Of a DNA stretch of 64,000 nucleotides, positions 10,501 through 20,922 are shown in pieces. The number at the start of each line of letters is the position of its first letter. Positions within the stretch are counted from its first letter, which is position 1. This DNA is from a virus. The position numbers were made by a program, and so were the translations under genes. Under the pieces are notes generated by a model. That model saw nothing but the letters and a program-made list of their open reading frames with translations, was not told where the DNA came from and searched no databases. The stretch covers positions 1-64,000 of IMG/VR virus record IMGVR_UViG_3300002026_000004. One strand, written 5' to 3'.

Positions 10501-11132
10501 AACCCTACAACATTAGTTTTTAATACGGATTTTTGTTTAGAAGCTAAATATACTTTACCATCATCCGTTTCTGCCATTAATAATGGGTCACCAGCAGTAG
10601 TGATATCCTCACCTAATGTATATTGGTTTTCAGTATAACCTAGAGGACCACGAGAGTCACCTTCTAGTTTAATTACCATTTTATTAGCAGAAACAATTTG
10701 TCCTACTGATAATAGGTTATTACCATCTAAGGCGGCTGTATCTCTATCAGTAGTTAAACTACCATCAGGAGTATCAGCAACATAAACTGTCTTACCTGTA
10801 TTCCCAGCGAAACAAGCAGGAGCAGAACTATATGTATATAATCCTTCTCTTTGAATTTCAATTGGGTCACCGTCAACAGTTGTAGTATTTAGTGCTATAC
10901 CAATTACTTTATCAGTTAATTCAGAATCTGTAGCATATACTTTACCAGCAGTTGTCCCTGTCCAAGCGGCATTACCTACTGATACGAAGTCACCAGCAGT
11001 AATAGCTTCACCAGCTACTAACCAAGTTTGTGAAGGTTGAGTATAATCAGTTCCATCAATATTATATTTTAATGTTTTTGTATCTCTGTTAAGCCAAATA
11101 TCACCTGACTCTGAAAAAGGTAAGTCTGCCAT
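7560..11132 (-). CDS. Long tail fibre with capsid-cement-like repeats, tail-collar domain and LamG/concanavalin-like domain
   Basis: AGEAITAGDFV repeats; PLGTI...LLMDGTAYDAVTNPEYQALYDVIG (collar); SFTMSCWF...WYHAVMIY...EGMIDEARIYNKALT (LamG). Confidence 0.85.
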   Translation of the reverse strand: MADLPFSESGDIWLNRDTKTLKYNIDGTDYTQPSQTWLVAGEAITAGDFVSVGNAAWTGTTAGKVYATDSELTDKVIGIALNTTTVDGDPIEIQREGLYTYSSAPACFAGNTGKTVYVADTPDGSLTTDRDTAALDGNNLLSVGQIVSANKMVIKLEGDSRGPLGYTENQYTLGEDITTAGDPLLMAETDDGKVYLASKQKSVLKTNVVGFLVNTGTLLTNAKVIIRRLGLVQGFTGLVPGSPVYASGTDIANFGETTQNINSINPYYDSYINVGLALSATEIIASIQPAYDITDTAPLGTISLIDFPTQPTSDSGCLLMDGTAYDAVTNPEYQALYDVIGNLWGGIDNTDFILKDMNTLSAEKYQIKYKAFGQNPSFVTAISRVEYPSNTTWETYNPATNPVVDISTLDLTSADQFKELSVRMYAYKSAVGTYSIPDLFQFTNITDKVYGYTYEYIDLNSIRIRYGAQGLAYSSGTGVNPIDNTWTIKIIVSKTDRVNRYLDSTTDYKINTLFGSKISDENLRNYYSFDNVRLIPDSPTNRNYLQDVFATTDSFTGSSANLSVSNGELVVTSTVNGPFRATRTLSFDQKYVRLKIRNVSGSRVNYGFYYTISSTEYNTAFVIENGKSNIVDLVLLQADTATEFSIRANDTASTGDSFAIDWIYIGTGAYTSELLDDSNNMNNASMVGVLPVSGMQGRALKFKSGSSVNFTSENFTTNTSFTMSCWFSIPATSSWSATDKFSLFSVGSLTASKPYGIIRDSTNNIISAYASDGTSELLIPFVITRDTWYHAVMIYNGSTRKLSFYMNNIYVGETSTTLSAGVSFATTDKYLGNNTYIKNNVGSTYYYEGMIDEARIYNKALTQPELNLLFNEKSGEKVGAVTSSLTVISTTDTTSEKEAALTVWGGASIGKSLLVKDTTYFSSYTGLNLYSNATNEGFLRIGTNTEAMKVTSALVTLGRDTVLQPPVAYSTATFTVDSTATTGSASLALKADSTYSQGFLVTRNNTANGITDITHKGTGALNIGTVEASDFNLKSVGVPRLQLLSTGITNFVLDTDATSSIAGSVTLAGGLASAKKIYSGLGFFRDTAASSTGVVLGGAMATSDAFRIATGGAADAGWLEIATADNGTEPIYVRQYSDSFTTAARTLTLLDGSGNTTIPGTLNASGGLTVTGTLVIPSTTSITDRAIWIN

Positions 11133-11141
11133 TTTTATTCC

Positions 11142-13286
11142 TTACTTAATTATTAATTCATTTAATTGCTGTACTGCTTTTATTAGTAGTCCTATACAAT
11201 TAGTAATGTCCATAGCATTCTTTTCAGGAGTACTTAATAAGGGATTAGTATCCTCGGCTATGAATCCTATCTTAGGTAAATCTAAGTTTGTCTTAAAATT
11301 ATAATCAACTATCTTTGTATCAACTAAAATCTTTAATGCGTCACTTAAAGTATCAACTATATTGGTTTTCATTTCTCTTGATGATGTTGTATTAACATTA
11401 GTAGCATAGAAGTTTCCATTATAGTTTAATCTAGTTGAAGCTGAAGGGTTTGTAGTTCCTGCGTAGAAGCATCCATCACGGACAGATTGCCCATAAATTT
11501 TTAATGTCCCAGCTACTCCAACATTAAAAGCACCAAAGTTACCATTATATTGTAAATACTTAGTAAGGTCATTAGGTGATGTAGGATATTGTAATGAAAC
11601 TAAAGCATCACCAGAATCAATCATAGTTCCATAATATATGGCTAAATCGTTTTGAGTAACACTAGAAGTTGTGTCATCAAAATATACTTTTGTAAATGTA
11701 GAGTTTCCTGTTACTTCTAAATCATTAGATAATGTTGTTAATCCACTAGCAGTTAAAGTAGTAGCTGTTATTGCGTTAAACTCTGCTGTTGTATCAGTTA
11801 CTATAAATGTTCCTGAAGAGAAATGTGCGTTTCCAACTACAATTAAATCACTTGTAGCAAAATCTGAAGTAACTAAATCTGCTATTGTTGCTGTAGTAGT
11901 AACTAAGTCTGTAGTTAATATTTTTGATGTACTAAAAATACCATCATAATTTAATGTATAATTTGTATGTGATGGTTTAGCTACATGATACACAGGGGAA
12001 GTTCCAAGGAATTGATTTGGATTATACCCCATAAATACTAAACCAGGGAAAGTACCATCATCTTTAAATAGAATCTTTGTAGCGGGATCAATACCAGCTA
12101 TTGCTATTTTAGTTGAAGAATAAGGAATAAACTGGAAGGAATTAGAAAAATTAAATATAGAGGATTCTATTAAACACAATACATCCTCAATAAAGGACTG
12201 TCCAACTATATCAATTATTTCTATTCTAGTAGCACCGTTCTGAGCTTTATCTTCATTTCCTAATAGTATTAAGCTTTTATACCCTTGTGAGTTATCTACT
12301 GAAGCTGTTATTTTAGTAGATATTGCTATTCCTCCAAAAGTTTTTGCACCGAACTCTGTAGTTAACATTGATACTAAGTTTTCAATAGTTGTAGGTTTTA
12401 CAGGAACTTCAATTTTTACTAGCTCAGAATCTTCACAATCATTGAATCTAATATAAAAACCAGGAGTATAAGGAAGAGTACTCCAATCAGCAACATTATA
12501 AGGAGTTGTAATAAAGGCATTACCACTACTCATGTTGGTAGTAGAAAGAAAACTAAAGTCGTTAACACCACCACTACCATTATTATTTAACTTATCATTA
12601 GCATAATCACAAAATTCTTGTAAGGTATATGTATGAGTATTTGAATCTAAAGATACTTCATAAAAAGCTGAATCTGTTCCTAATGTAGTAATTCCTTCAT
12701 CAATAGCTACATGAAAAACTTGAGGAATACCAGAAGTAATAGTTACTGAGGAACCAATATCACCAGCAGGAATTAATAATAATTCAGAGCCACCATATAA
12801 AGCTCCTTCTAATTCTTGATATCCATTATATTTAATATATCCTGAAGCTGTTTCTGCGGCAATTTTAGGTAAGCTTTCTATTACTGTAACTCTTTCTTGA
12901 TGATTAGTTAAGCCCTCTGCTAAATAAAAGAAGTTATCATGAACTTGTTGTCCTGATAATGGAACTAAAATTGAGGTAAAATCACCAGGATTAGCACTAA
13001 AAGTAAATTCTTTACTTAGTTGACCTGTAACTATTGGGTTACCACCAAAGGTTACTGTCTTTTCTATATAATCAATACTAGTAACACTACGAAGGTCGAA
13101 ACCAGTTACACCAGAACAAAGAATACTTTGTCCTACAGATAAAACTGTTAATTGAGCATTAGAGAATCCTGTAATTAAATTACTATTACTAGGTATATTT
13201 AGACCAGTATATACATATGTAGGTCTAATATTATACTTTTCAACTGTAGTTAATTTCGTGTAGTCAAAGTTCCAAGGTGTTGCCAT
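11142..13286 (-). CDS. Tail fibre with C-terminal intramolecular chaperone (peptidase S74-like)
   Basis: TSSREMKTNI...ALKIL...KIGFIAED...LLIKAVQQL C-terminus. Confidence 0.85.
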   Translation of the reverse strand: MATPWNFDYTKLTTVEKYNIRPTYVYTGLNIPSNSNLITGFSNAQLTVLSVGQSILCSGVTGFDLRSVTSIDYIEKTVTFGGNPIVTGQLSKEFTFSANPGDFTSILVPLSGQQVHDNFFYLAEGLTNHQERVTVIESLPKIAAETASGYIKYNGYQELEGALYGGSELLLIPAGDIGSSVTITSGIPQVFHVAIDEGITTLGTDSAFYEVSLDSNTHTYTLQEFCDYANDKLNNNGSGGVNDFSFLSTTNMSSGNAFITTPYNVADWSTLPYTPGFYIRFNDCEDSELVKIEVPVKPTTIENLVSMLTTEFGAKTFGGIAISTKITASVDNSQGYKSLILLGNEDKAQNGATRIEIIDIVGQSFIEDVLCLIESSIFNFSNSFQFIPYSSTKIAIAGIDPATKILFKDDGTFPGLVFMGYNPNQFLGTSPVYHVAKPSHTNYTLNYDGIFSTSKILTTDLVTTTATIADLVTSDFATSDLIVVGNAHFSSGTFIVTDTTAEFNAITATTLTASGLTTLSNDLEVTGNSTFTKVYFDDTTSSVTQNDLAIYYGTMIDSGDALVSLQYPTSPNDLTKYLQYNGNFGAFNVGVAGTLKIYGQSVRDGCFYAGTTNPSASTRLNYNGNFYATNVNTTSSREMKTNIVDTLSDALKILVDTKIVDYNFKTNLDLPKIGFIAEDTNPLLSTPEKNAMDITNCIGLLIKAVQQLNELIIK

Positions 13287-13326
13287 TTATTATTTCCTTA
13301 TTCCTAATTAGTTATTATTGGTAAAC

Positions 13327-14358
13327 TTAATATACAGGTAATTTAAACCTAGATACACTTTCAGGAACACCTATTTGTTGTAATAAAGGATTTACAATTA
13401 AACATTCACTAGGCCAAATTGGTGTTGTTGCTAATAAACCATTACGAGCACGAACAGCGAATAAAATTGAGTACCCCTGGTCTAAGAATGTAAAGTTAAA
13501 TCCATCGATAAATGTTTCTACCGTAATAAACCCTGCTATACTTTTTAAATATGATTCCCATGCTAAATAAGGGGTATTAACAGCATCATCATTAGTCTCT
13601 GTTTTTATTCTTAATACATCAATTTGGAAATAATCAGAAGCAACTCCAACAGTAACAGTAACAGGAGTAGGCCAATTGGTTGCTGAGTCACAAGTTAATG
13701 TAGAAGTATTACTTATATAAGTATCACCTAATAAGCAATTACCTCTACCTATAGTAATAGACAACCCGTCACCACTAAATGTAGTTTGGAAGTTATTATT
13801 AACTTCATATAAGTTTTTTAATACATTTCTATGCTCTTGATATTGATATGATACTTTGTATGAAGAAAAGCTATTTTTAGCTACACTATGATTTAAGAAT
13901 GTAGCTAGGATAAGGTCACCATTAGCAATTATTTCATTTCTATTACTTAATGTATTAGTAAAAATCTGGAAGTCTACATAAATGTTTGTAGAATCTGATA
14001 CATTGTAATCCCAAATACCTACTAATAATAATGAATCTGCTAGACCATAAGTAACTACATTATTTAAATCTGTTGAGGTTAATGTTACTACTGCATCGGA
14101 TTGTAATACAACTTTACCAATAATAGGCTCACCTAAATAAGTTTTTTGAAATAATAATGTAGTTCCTGCAAGAATATTAAAATCACAATTGGTGCTAGGT
14201 GTACCTATAGTAGCAGTAACATCACAGTTATATACCCCTGGCTCAAATAAACTATTTAATAATTTATTAGCATTGTAAGAAGTTAAATCCTGAGTAGGAT
14301 TAAAACTTACTTGTTGAGAACCATTATCAGTCTGTGTCGGTACAGAAATATATGCCAT
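13327..14358 (-). CDS. Putative baseplate/fibre-attachment structural protein
   Basis: Position between baseplate and fibre genes; beta-rich T/S/N composition. Confidence 0.55.
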   Translation of the reverse strand: MAYISVPTQTDNGSQQVSFNPTQDLTSYNANKLLNSLFEPGVYNCDVTATIGTPSTNCDFNILAGTTLLFQKTYLGEPIIGKVVLQSDAVVTLTSTDLNNVVTYGLADSLLLVGIWDYNVSDSTNIYVDFQIFTNTLSNRNEIIANGDLILATFLNHSVAKNSFSSYKVSYQYQEHRNVLKNLYEVNNNFQTTFSGDGLSITIGRGNCLLGDTYISNTSTLTCDSATNWPTPVTVTVGVASDYFQIDVLRIKTETNDDAVNTPYLAWESYLKSIAGFITVETFIDGFNFTFLDQGYSILFAVRARNGLLATTPIWPSECLIVNPLLQQIGVPESVSRFKLPVY

Positions 14359-14374
14359 TTTTTATCTCCAATTA

Positions 14375-16363
14375 TTAAGGAAGCTCTAATAAACAATTAA
14401 ATGTTAGATGGAATTCTTCCGTATTATAAATAATAGGAGGAAATGTTCCATATGCTACTAAGTTATTATTAGAATTAAATATTCCTACTTCAGTAATCCC
14501 AACAGTTTTTTCTGAGGACTCTGTACTAAAATTAGTAGAGTATGAACAAAGTAAATTTCCGTTCTGAGATATTACTCCTGTTCCGTTAAAGCCTATTGTT
14601 TTTCCTAATAAAGAATCTAATCCTATTTTTAGTTTTACTGTTAATATTCCTGTTTTATGATCTAAATCTGCATATACAGGATTTACTAATGATATTAATT
14701 CTAATTGAATTATACCTTGTGTATTACTAGAGGTATATTCACCTACTGCAAAAATATCACTATCTGTTATTTCACTATTTGTAGATAAAGTAAGTCCTGA
14801 ATATAATTCTCCATTAGCATCATATCCTTCATAAACAGAAGGTAATAATACATATTTATTTAATGCTTTACTATAGCTCTCTTGTAATACTACTGACCTA
14901 TTATAGGTGATATCTTGAAAAGAATCATAGAAATTAAGATTAATAATAAACTTACAATTACCAGGAGCTAGAAAGGTATGAGGAAGTTGAATTGTAGTTG
15001 TTGTACTTGTTATTGCATTCGATTCAGCTATAGAAAAAAGAACTGGAATAATTCTTTGTTCTTCAAATTTCTGAGGGTGAATAGAAGTAACTACTGCTTG
15101 ATAACCATTAATAGTATTAATATCATAATTACCAATTATTGATTGGAATACTGGATTAGAAACATCTGTAGGAGCGGGTTTTTCAGCTTCAGTGTCATCA
15201 GAAAAATAAGATAAACCAAGAGAACCTGTTCCTAGTCTTAGGTAGGAGGTAGTTCCGACTCCCCAATTATTGTTAAATACTTGAAATCTAGCTTTGATAT
15301 TAGGATGAGTATATTTAGTAGTACCATTTACTTGTAATACAGGGTCATCAATATATTTACCAGAATTACTAGCAACTAAAGATATCTGAGTTCCTATCAT
15401 TGCTGAAGTTGAAGCTTGCTCTACATTAGGTAATAATTCCTTTACATATAAAAGCCAAGGATTATCCATTAAACATTCATTAGTTCCTACAGAGTTTGTA
15501 TGAGATAAAATAGAATCAGCATTTAATTCTATCATTAAGCCTTTAGCATCAACACCGAATTCTAGTCCATTGTCATAATGGAGGTCAGGGTCATCATAAC
15601 TACGTTGTGTATCATATTTATAATATATCTTATCTGATAATAATGAATAATCCTGAACAGCCCTAATTCCTACAGAAGTAGGCCAAACACTGTTAATACC
15701 AGGAAGAAGTTTAGAAATATAATTATCAGAAGTATTCTTAGCGAAGAAGTTTGTTACCTTAAAATATTTACCAGTTAACTCAGTGAAGCTACCCATGCCT
15801 ACATAACCAGAACGTAAAAAAACATAGCCATGATGAAATAGTGAAGTAAATAAATAAGTATAACCTTTAGTTGTACCAGCCCATTTCCTCATTATATAAG
15901 AGTTTTTAACGAAATCAGATAACCAACGAGTTTTTATATCAGTGTTATTTGTTAATTCTGTTACTGGTAAATATGTATCTAAATAGTAATAAGAACTGAG
16001 TTTATCTAAAACTTCAGGTTTTATTTTTATATTTAGCATATTTAAAATGTTATCTATACGAGAAGAGTATTCTGAAATATCTCCAAAATACTTATCTTCA
16101 TTAAAGACACATTCTAATAAATATAAATATTCTCTTTTCTGTTTAGCCTCTTCTTTATAAGCATCAATAAAATCTGAATAAAATGTATTTTGTAATAATG
16201 AGTGTAGGTTGTTCTCAATTTCTAAACTAGGAATTGGATTATAACTAGTATCTATACTTTCAGTATTTTTTATTTTCTCTGAGTTAGATTCAACTACTTC
16301 TACATAATTGTTTACAGGAATCTGAGAATATGTAGAGGGGATTAATATTTTATACTCAGACAT
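14375..16363 (-). CDS. Baseplate wedge protein (gpI/gp7-like) with a C-terminal tail-collar-fibre-like motif
   Basis: RKWAGTTKGY motif; C-terminal ITEVGIFNSNNNLVAYGTFPPI; follows the baseplate J-like gene. Confidence 0.65.
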   Translation of the reverse strand: MSEYKILIPSTYSQIPVNNYVEVVESNSEKIKNTESIDTSYNPIPSLEIENNLHSLLQNTFYSDFIDAYKEEAKQKREYLYLLECVFNEDKYFGDISEYSSRIDNILNMLNIKIKPEVLDKLSSYYYLDTYLPVTELTNNTDIKTRWLSDFVKNSYIMRKWAGTTKGYTYLFTSLFHHGYVFLRSGYVGMGSFTELTGKYFKVTNFFAKNTSDNYISKLLPGINSVWPTSVGIRAVQDYSLLSDKIYYKYDTQRSYDDPDLHYDNGLEFGVDAKGLMIELNADSILSHTNSVGTNECLMDNPWLLYVKELLPNVEQASTSAMIGTQISLVASNSGKYIDDPVLQVNGTTKYTHPNIKARFQVFNNNWGVGTTSYLRLGTGSLGLSYFSDDTEAEKPAPTDVSNPVFQSIIGNYDINTINGYQAVVTSIHPQKFEEQRIIPVLFSIAESNAITSTTTTIQLPHTFLAPGNCKFIINLNFYDSFQDITYNRSVVLQESYSKALNKYVLLPSVYEGYDANGELYSGLTLSTNSEITDSDIFAVGEYTSSNTQGIIQLELISLVNPVYADLDHKTGILTVKLKIGLDSLLGKTIGFNGTGVISQNGNLLCSYSTNFSTESSEKTVGITEVGIFNSNNNLVAYGTFPPIIYNTEEFHLTFNCLLELP

Positions 16364-18342
16364 TAAGTTATCTCCACTAAGATAGCTTCTTCCGCTAATC
16401 TAATTAAACTATTTTCCTCAGTAGGTAGAATAGTTCCTTGATAAAAGTTTTTAGGATATGAATAAGCATGTATCTGAATACAATCATCTAACATCTCAGG
16501 GGCTTGATTAGGTAGAATGTAAGTATCAGGAAAAGTAATAGTTGAATCAAATAATGAAGAACCCCAATCTATAGAGATAATCATATCAACATAGTCAAGA
16601 CTACCATCTAAAATTACAGGATAACCATTTACAGTTCCTGCAAGTAATCCATCAATATTAGAATCATCTACAATGAAATCAATAAAAGTAAATTGAGTAA
16701 TTATAAATGGAGAAATCCCAGGAGTTTCTGTTTCATCAATATACTCAGAGTTTTTTGTTAAAAAGAATGACCTATTTTTAGTAGATAATGACTCACAAGC
16801 AAAAACAACGTCTATCCTCATATAGAAAGGAACACATTCGTATCTTAATATATTTATAAAAGCTGGATTAAATTGAAAGCTTTTCCTAAAAAGAAATTGT
16901 TGAGAATCATAAATAAAAGTAGATGTTTGTAAATACTGTTTAGCTAGAATAAAACTTAAAGTTGGAGTAATAATCTCCTTATACATGTTAGTGATGTATG
17001 AACTAACATCAATATTTGATATTGATTCTTTAAACTCAGTATTTAGGATACCATAATTATTATTTAATAATGTTTTAATTGAAGTATACAAAGTAGTCTG
17101 ATAATCAACACGAGATTGGTCAGGTTTTAATTCAGCTTTATAATTATACTGAATATCTATAAAATCAGGAGTAACAAACTTTATTAAATCTAATGAAGAT
17201 TTTCTATCTGAAATACGAGATAATAAATCTGCTTCAATATTAGTCTCATCAGGAGCATCTCCATAAGTATCAATAGCTGAAAATAATACTGAATCTCTAC
17301 CTAAATAAGTTCCTGAGTATACTATAGCTTTATAAACATAAGGTATTGACTCAATAGCTTGCTTATATTGTAGTTTAGAGATTATACTTCCTTCTAATAG
17401 ATACTGCTTAGGAGCTTTACCTCTAATAGATTCTATATCATCTCTATCAGAGCCACCAATTATTTTTGAATAATTTTTATAATAATAAGTAGTATTCTCT
17501 ATAATAATACTACCATTAACAACACCTATATCTGTTATATTTCCATTTAATCCTAATGTAGATAATCCATCAAAAATTACTATAGAACCAGAAGGAGGAA
17601 TTTTTCCAGTAACATTATTTCCAAACTTTAATATAAAGTAATCACTATCAGGGTCATTATCATTAAATACATTTATTACTTCATATGCATATGTGTCTGA
17701 ATCTGCTAAATAAATACTATCTACTTTTTCACAATTAATAATTGTATTATCAGTAAGCTGTAATTGAACAGAAAAATAATTACCAGAGACTGTATCTAAT
17801 GCCGCTTCAATATCAGACCGAGGTATTTTAATTTCTTGGAAAGGAATACCTAAAAGCTCTTGCCCAACCATAGTTAAACTATCAATTCTAGTACCTTGGA
17901 TAACAGGAACTTCTACATACTTACCGTCTTTTACAAAGGTAACATCTTCTGTTACTAATAAAGGAATAGAATAAGGAATTACAGTTAATGCTGGAATTGT
18001 AACTTCATCATGAGTATTACTAAGATTTTCTAATTCACCTACAGTTATTGCTGTTAAATCTTCATAAGCAAAATGTAAATATCCAATAGAAGATACCTTT
18101 CTATGAGGAGAATACCCAAAGAAACCAGCTTGTTCTGTTGCTGAAGATAGATTTTGTAATTGATTCCAAGTTTTTTCTCTAAATAGATTTTCGGAATACC
18201 TAACATCTTCTGATTCAGCTTCACTCAGAACAGTTATTAATGAATCTAATGCACTATCTTCAATTATATTCTTCCAAGAATCCTTTTGAGATAGTCTTGA
18301 TAATAATCGTGCTTTAATAGAATAGGAATCATAAGATTTCAT
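16363..18342 (-). CDS. Baseplate wedge subunit (T4 gp6/baseplate J-like)
   Basis: FFGYSPHRK, VPVIQG, LKFGNNVTGKIP, GGSDRDDIESIR. Confidence 0.85.
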   Translation of the reverse strand: MKSYDSYSIKARLLSRLSQKDSWKNIIEDSALDSLITVLSEAESEDVRYSENLFREKTWNQLQNLSSATEQAGFFGYSPHRKVSSIGYLHFAYEDLTAITVGELENLSNTHDEVTIPALTVIPYSIPLLVTEDVTFVKDGKYVEVPVIQGTRIDSLTMVGQELLGIPFQEIKIPRSDIEAALDTVSGNYFSVQLQLTDNTIINCEKVDSIYLADSDTYAYEVINVFNDNDPDSDYFILKFGNNVTGKIPPSGSIVIFDGLSTLGLNGNITDIGVVNGSIIIENTTYYYKNYSKIIGGSDRDDIESIRGKAPKQYLLEGSIISKLQYKQAIESIPYVYKAIVYSGTYLGRDSVLFSAIDTYGDAPDETNIEADLLSRISDRKSSLDLIKFVTPDFIDIQYNYKAELKPDQSRVDYQTTLYTSIKTLLNNNYGILNTEFKESISNIDVSSYITNMYKEIITPTLSFILAKQYLQTSTFIYDSQQFLFRKSFQFNPAFINILRYECVPFYMRIDVVFACESLSTKNRSFFLTKNSEYIDETETPGISPFIITQFTFIDFIVDDSNIDGLLAGTVNGYPVILDGSLDYVDMIISIDWGSSLFDSTITFPDTYILPNQAPEMLDDCIQIHAYSYPKNFYQGTILPTEENSLIRLAEEAILVEIT

Positions 18343-18346
18343 TTAG

Positions 18347-19105
18347 TTATTTCTCCGTAATTGTAAATACTATAGGTATTATAAACTTATTATAATCATC
18401 TGATAAATATAAAGTAACTTTAAATAGTTTATTCTCAGGTTCAGGAGTAACAATTAGCTCCTTAGTAGTTAGTGAATAAAACTTTTCAGTTATTTGACTT
18501 CTTAATAATGTATCTATTTCTTTAGCATAAGACTCAGTTACTTGTTTACCTAATATAGTATCTAAAGGACCACCTAAATTAAGTTTTCTACCATAATCAC
18601 CTTTCTTAGAAAATAACCATAATTTTAATGCATTCTTAAAAGCTTCTACATCATATAAAACTAATGTAGATGTAGATAATTCTGGTCTGGATACAGAATA
18701 GATATTTATAGGAGTAATAGTAGAGTTAGCTAAAGTTGATTTAACAAACCTACAGTATACCGCTTGTGAAGGTAATGGTAGAATAATATCAACATCCTCA
18801 AGAGTATTACTAGAAGTGGAGCGACCAAAGTTTAATAATTCAACTTTATTAGTATTATAAAACTTTAAACTAATAATGCCAGATGCTACTGACCATTGCA
18901 TTTTAATATGAATAATAGTAGATTGTTGTAAATCAATATAAGTATCTATTCCTAATGGTAGTAGTTCTAAAGTAGTAATAGTATTAGGATTCTTATATAA
19001 ATCTATTTCTGTGGAAGAATAAGAAGAAGAATAATTCTTATACCCCTTATAGTTTAAGTCTGCGTATTTTATATTAGCATTATTCTTTTTAGTTATTACA
19101 TTCAT
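18347..19105 (-). CDS. Baseplate protein with a C-terminal gp25/GPW-like domain
   Basis: DVEAFKNALKLWLFSKKGDYGRKLNLGG pattern; directly upstream of the gp6-like gene. Confidence 0.7.
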   Translation of the reverse strand: MNVITKKNNANIKYADLNYKGYKNYSSSYSSTEIDLYKNPNTITTLELLPLGIDTYIDLQQSTIIHIKMQWSVASGIISLKFYNTNKVELLNFGRSTSSNTLEDVDIILPLPSQAVYCRFVKSTLANSTITPINIYSVSRPELSTSTLVLYDVEAFKNALKLWLFSKKGDYGRKLNLGGPLDTILGKQVTESYAKEIDTLLRSQITEKFYSLTTKELIVTPEPENKLFKVTLYLSDDYNKFIIPIVFTITEK

Positions 19106-19614
19106 TTAGTATACTCAAAACTCACTGAATTACATTTAAAAGATACTTGATACACAATAGGTTTAGAATCAGACCATCCTAATGTTAAACTAGGACACTT
19201 CTCTATCATAGCAGAATTAGTGCTTATAGTTAATGCTGGCGTATCCATACTATTACCATACGTAGTTATTTTTATATTTCTTTTTTTAGGAGGATTGCTC
19301 CCTACTTTATATGTGTTTGTAATAGGGTCAAACATAGAAGTGAACCAATCATTAAGGTATTTCAAAAAATAAAAATCAGAACTTTCCCTTACTGATAATG
19401 ATAAAGAGTTTATTTTATTACCTTTCTTAATAAAGAACTGTTTAATAGCTTCTGATTGTCCATATTCCATATTGTAACCATCTATTTGGATAGTCTCTAC
19501 TCGTAATTTGAACTTACTTATAGTAGGTTCTTCATTACCAATAACTATATCATATAGATTACTAAAAGCATTATTATCAGCGATATCAAGTAATGGTGTT
19601 ATGTTTATTCCCAT
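19102..19614 (-). CDS. Tail tube-like protein (paralogue 3; gp19/gp48/gp54 fold)
   Basis: Shares N-terminal AFSNLYDI and C-terminal beta pattern with the neighbouring tube paralogues. Confidence 0.65.
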   Translation of the reverse strand: MGINITPLLDIADNNAFSNLYDIVIGNEEPTISKFKLRVETIQIDGYNMEYGQSEAIKQFFIKKGNKINSLSLSVRESSDFYFLKYLNDWFTSMFDPITNTYKVGSNPPKKRNIKITTYGNSMDTPALTISTNSAMIEKCPSLTLGWSDSKPIVYQVSFKCNSVSFEYTK

Positions 19615-19630
19615 GTATAATTAGTATAAT

Positions 19631-19659
19631 AAAAAAAGACTTCATTTTACTGAAGCCTT
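19631..19659 (-). terminator. Rho-independent terminator
   Basis: AAGGCTTCA-gtaaaa-TGAAGTCTT followed by a T-run on the minus strand. Confidence 0.75.
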
Positions 19660-19667
19660 AATTTTAA

Positions 19668-20258
19668 TTAGTTATCATATGGAGTTAGATATTCTCCAAA
19701 TATAAAATCTGCTTGTATAATCACAGGATTAGCAGATTCTCTAGTAAATGTAGGTTCTACAACATTTTTACAAATAACTTGCTTAAACGTCCATTTAGGA
19801 GCAGTAGTACTATCAGCTTCAATAGTACTAAGTGACGTATTTGAATTATAAGATTTTACAACAATCGACCCTAATTTAGTAATGTCTGTGTTAGAAAGCT
19901 GAGTAAAATTAATATTAGAATCATACTCATCTTGAAATATTTTTTTCCATGCTTTTAATTTAGTATATAAATACCAATTTGAATCAACCCTAAAAGATAA
20001 TTGTAATTTTCTTTGTCCAGTAAATTTAGGCTTAATTCTTTTTAATTGAATTGCTTTATAATTTATAGAGTAGGTATCAGGAGCTATAGTAGGAAATGGA
20101 AAGTTCTGAATACGAATAGTCATATCATTTGCTAATACTTCTCCATCATATCCAGCAGGGTAATCTTTTATTATAGTTGGAGGAGTAAATGTTACATCAA
20201 AAAGATTCGTAAAAGCATCTGGACCAGCATCAACTAGTGTTATTATATTTTGTCCCAT
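19668..20258 (-). CDS. Tail tube-like protein (paralogue 2)
   Basis: DAFTNLFDV, FRVDSNWYLY, WTFKQV; downstream of the sheath. Confidence 0.7.
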   Translation of the reverse strand: MGQNIITLVDAGPDAFTNLFDVTFTPPTIIKDYPAGYDGEVLANDMTIRIQNFPFPTIAPDTYSINYKAIQLKRIKPKFTGQRKLQLSFRVDSNWYLYTKLKAWKKIFQDEYDSNINFTQLSNTDITKLGSIVVKSYNSNTSLSTIEADSTTAPKWTFKQVICKNVVEPTFTRESANPVIIQADFIFGEYLTPYDN

Positions 20259-20264
20259 TTTAGT

Positions 20265-20870
20265 TTAAGCTCCTCCTGCTATAATTGGGGAAACTGAAGT
20301 ACCTACTATATATTTCCCAAACATACATTTACAGTCTATATCAATAGGAGATGAGGAACTTCTGTCAAATTGAGGCTCAACCATATCGTATAACATTACA
20401 CTACTAAATTGCCAGTAGAGTTCGGGGTCAACTACACCAGAAGTTGATAATGTACCACCATTTGTTGTTGCCGCTTTAATTTTGAATGAACCATAATCAC
20501 CAGCGGTTACTGAGTTTGATAATGTTCCTAATTTTATTGTATCATTAGAAACATTTGAATAAAGATTTTTCCATTTCTTTGCTAATGTATATAGTCTCCA
20601 ATTAGCATCTATTCTAATCTTTATAGAAAACTCTCTACTGCCTTCACTAAACATAGCGTTCATTCTAGTAATATCTATAGTTTTGTAATGTGATTGGTAT
20701 TCACCTAATCCTAGTGTAGGAGGGATAAAATCCATAGCTCTCACCATATAAGTACTAGAAGTTATTGGGTTAGCCGCCTCTACATTCTCAGGTAAAGTAA
20801 TTTCAACATCATAGAGATTACTAAAAGCATCAAATCCTGAAGTAAGTAATATTTCTAAATTATCTGACAT
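20265..20870 (-). CDS. Tail tube-like protein (paralogue 1)
   Basis: DAFSNLYDV, IRIDANWRLY, WQFSSV; adjacent to the sheath. Confidence 0.7.
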   Translation of the reverse strand: MSDNLEILLTSGFDAFSNLYDVEITLPENVEAANPITSSTYMVRAMDFIPPTLGLGEYQSHYKTIDITRMNAMFSEGSREFSIKIRIDANWRLYTLAKKWKNLYSNVSNDTIKLGTLSNSVTAGDYGSFKIKAATTNGGTLSTSGVVDPELYWQFSSVMLYDMVEPQFDRSSSSPIDIDCKCMFGKYIVGTSVSPIIAGGA

Positions 20871-20922
20871 AGTTTATCCTTAATAAATTAGTAGTTTTCA
20901 TTCTTTTTATACTCCTAATTTA

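Noticed and set aside
1-13286. Diversity-generating retroelement or invertase shufflon acting on the fibres
   Set aside because: No reverse transcriptase, recombinase, TR/VR pair or inverted crossover sites seen
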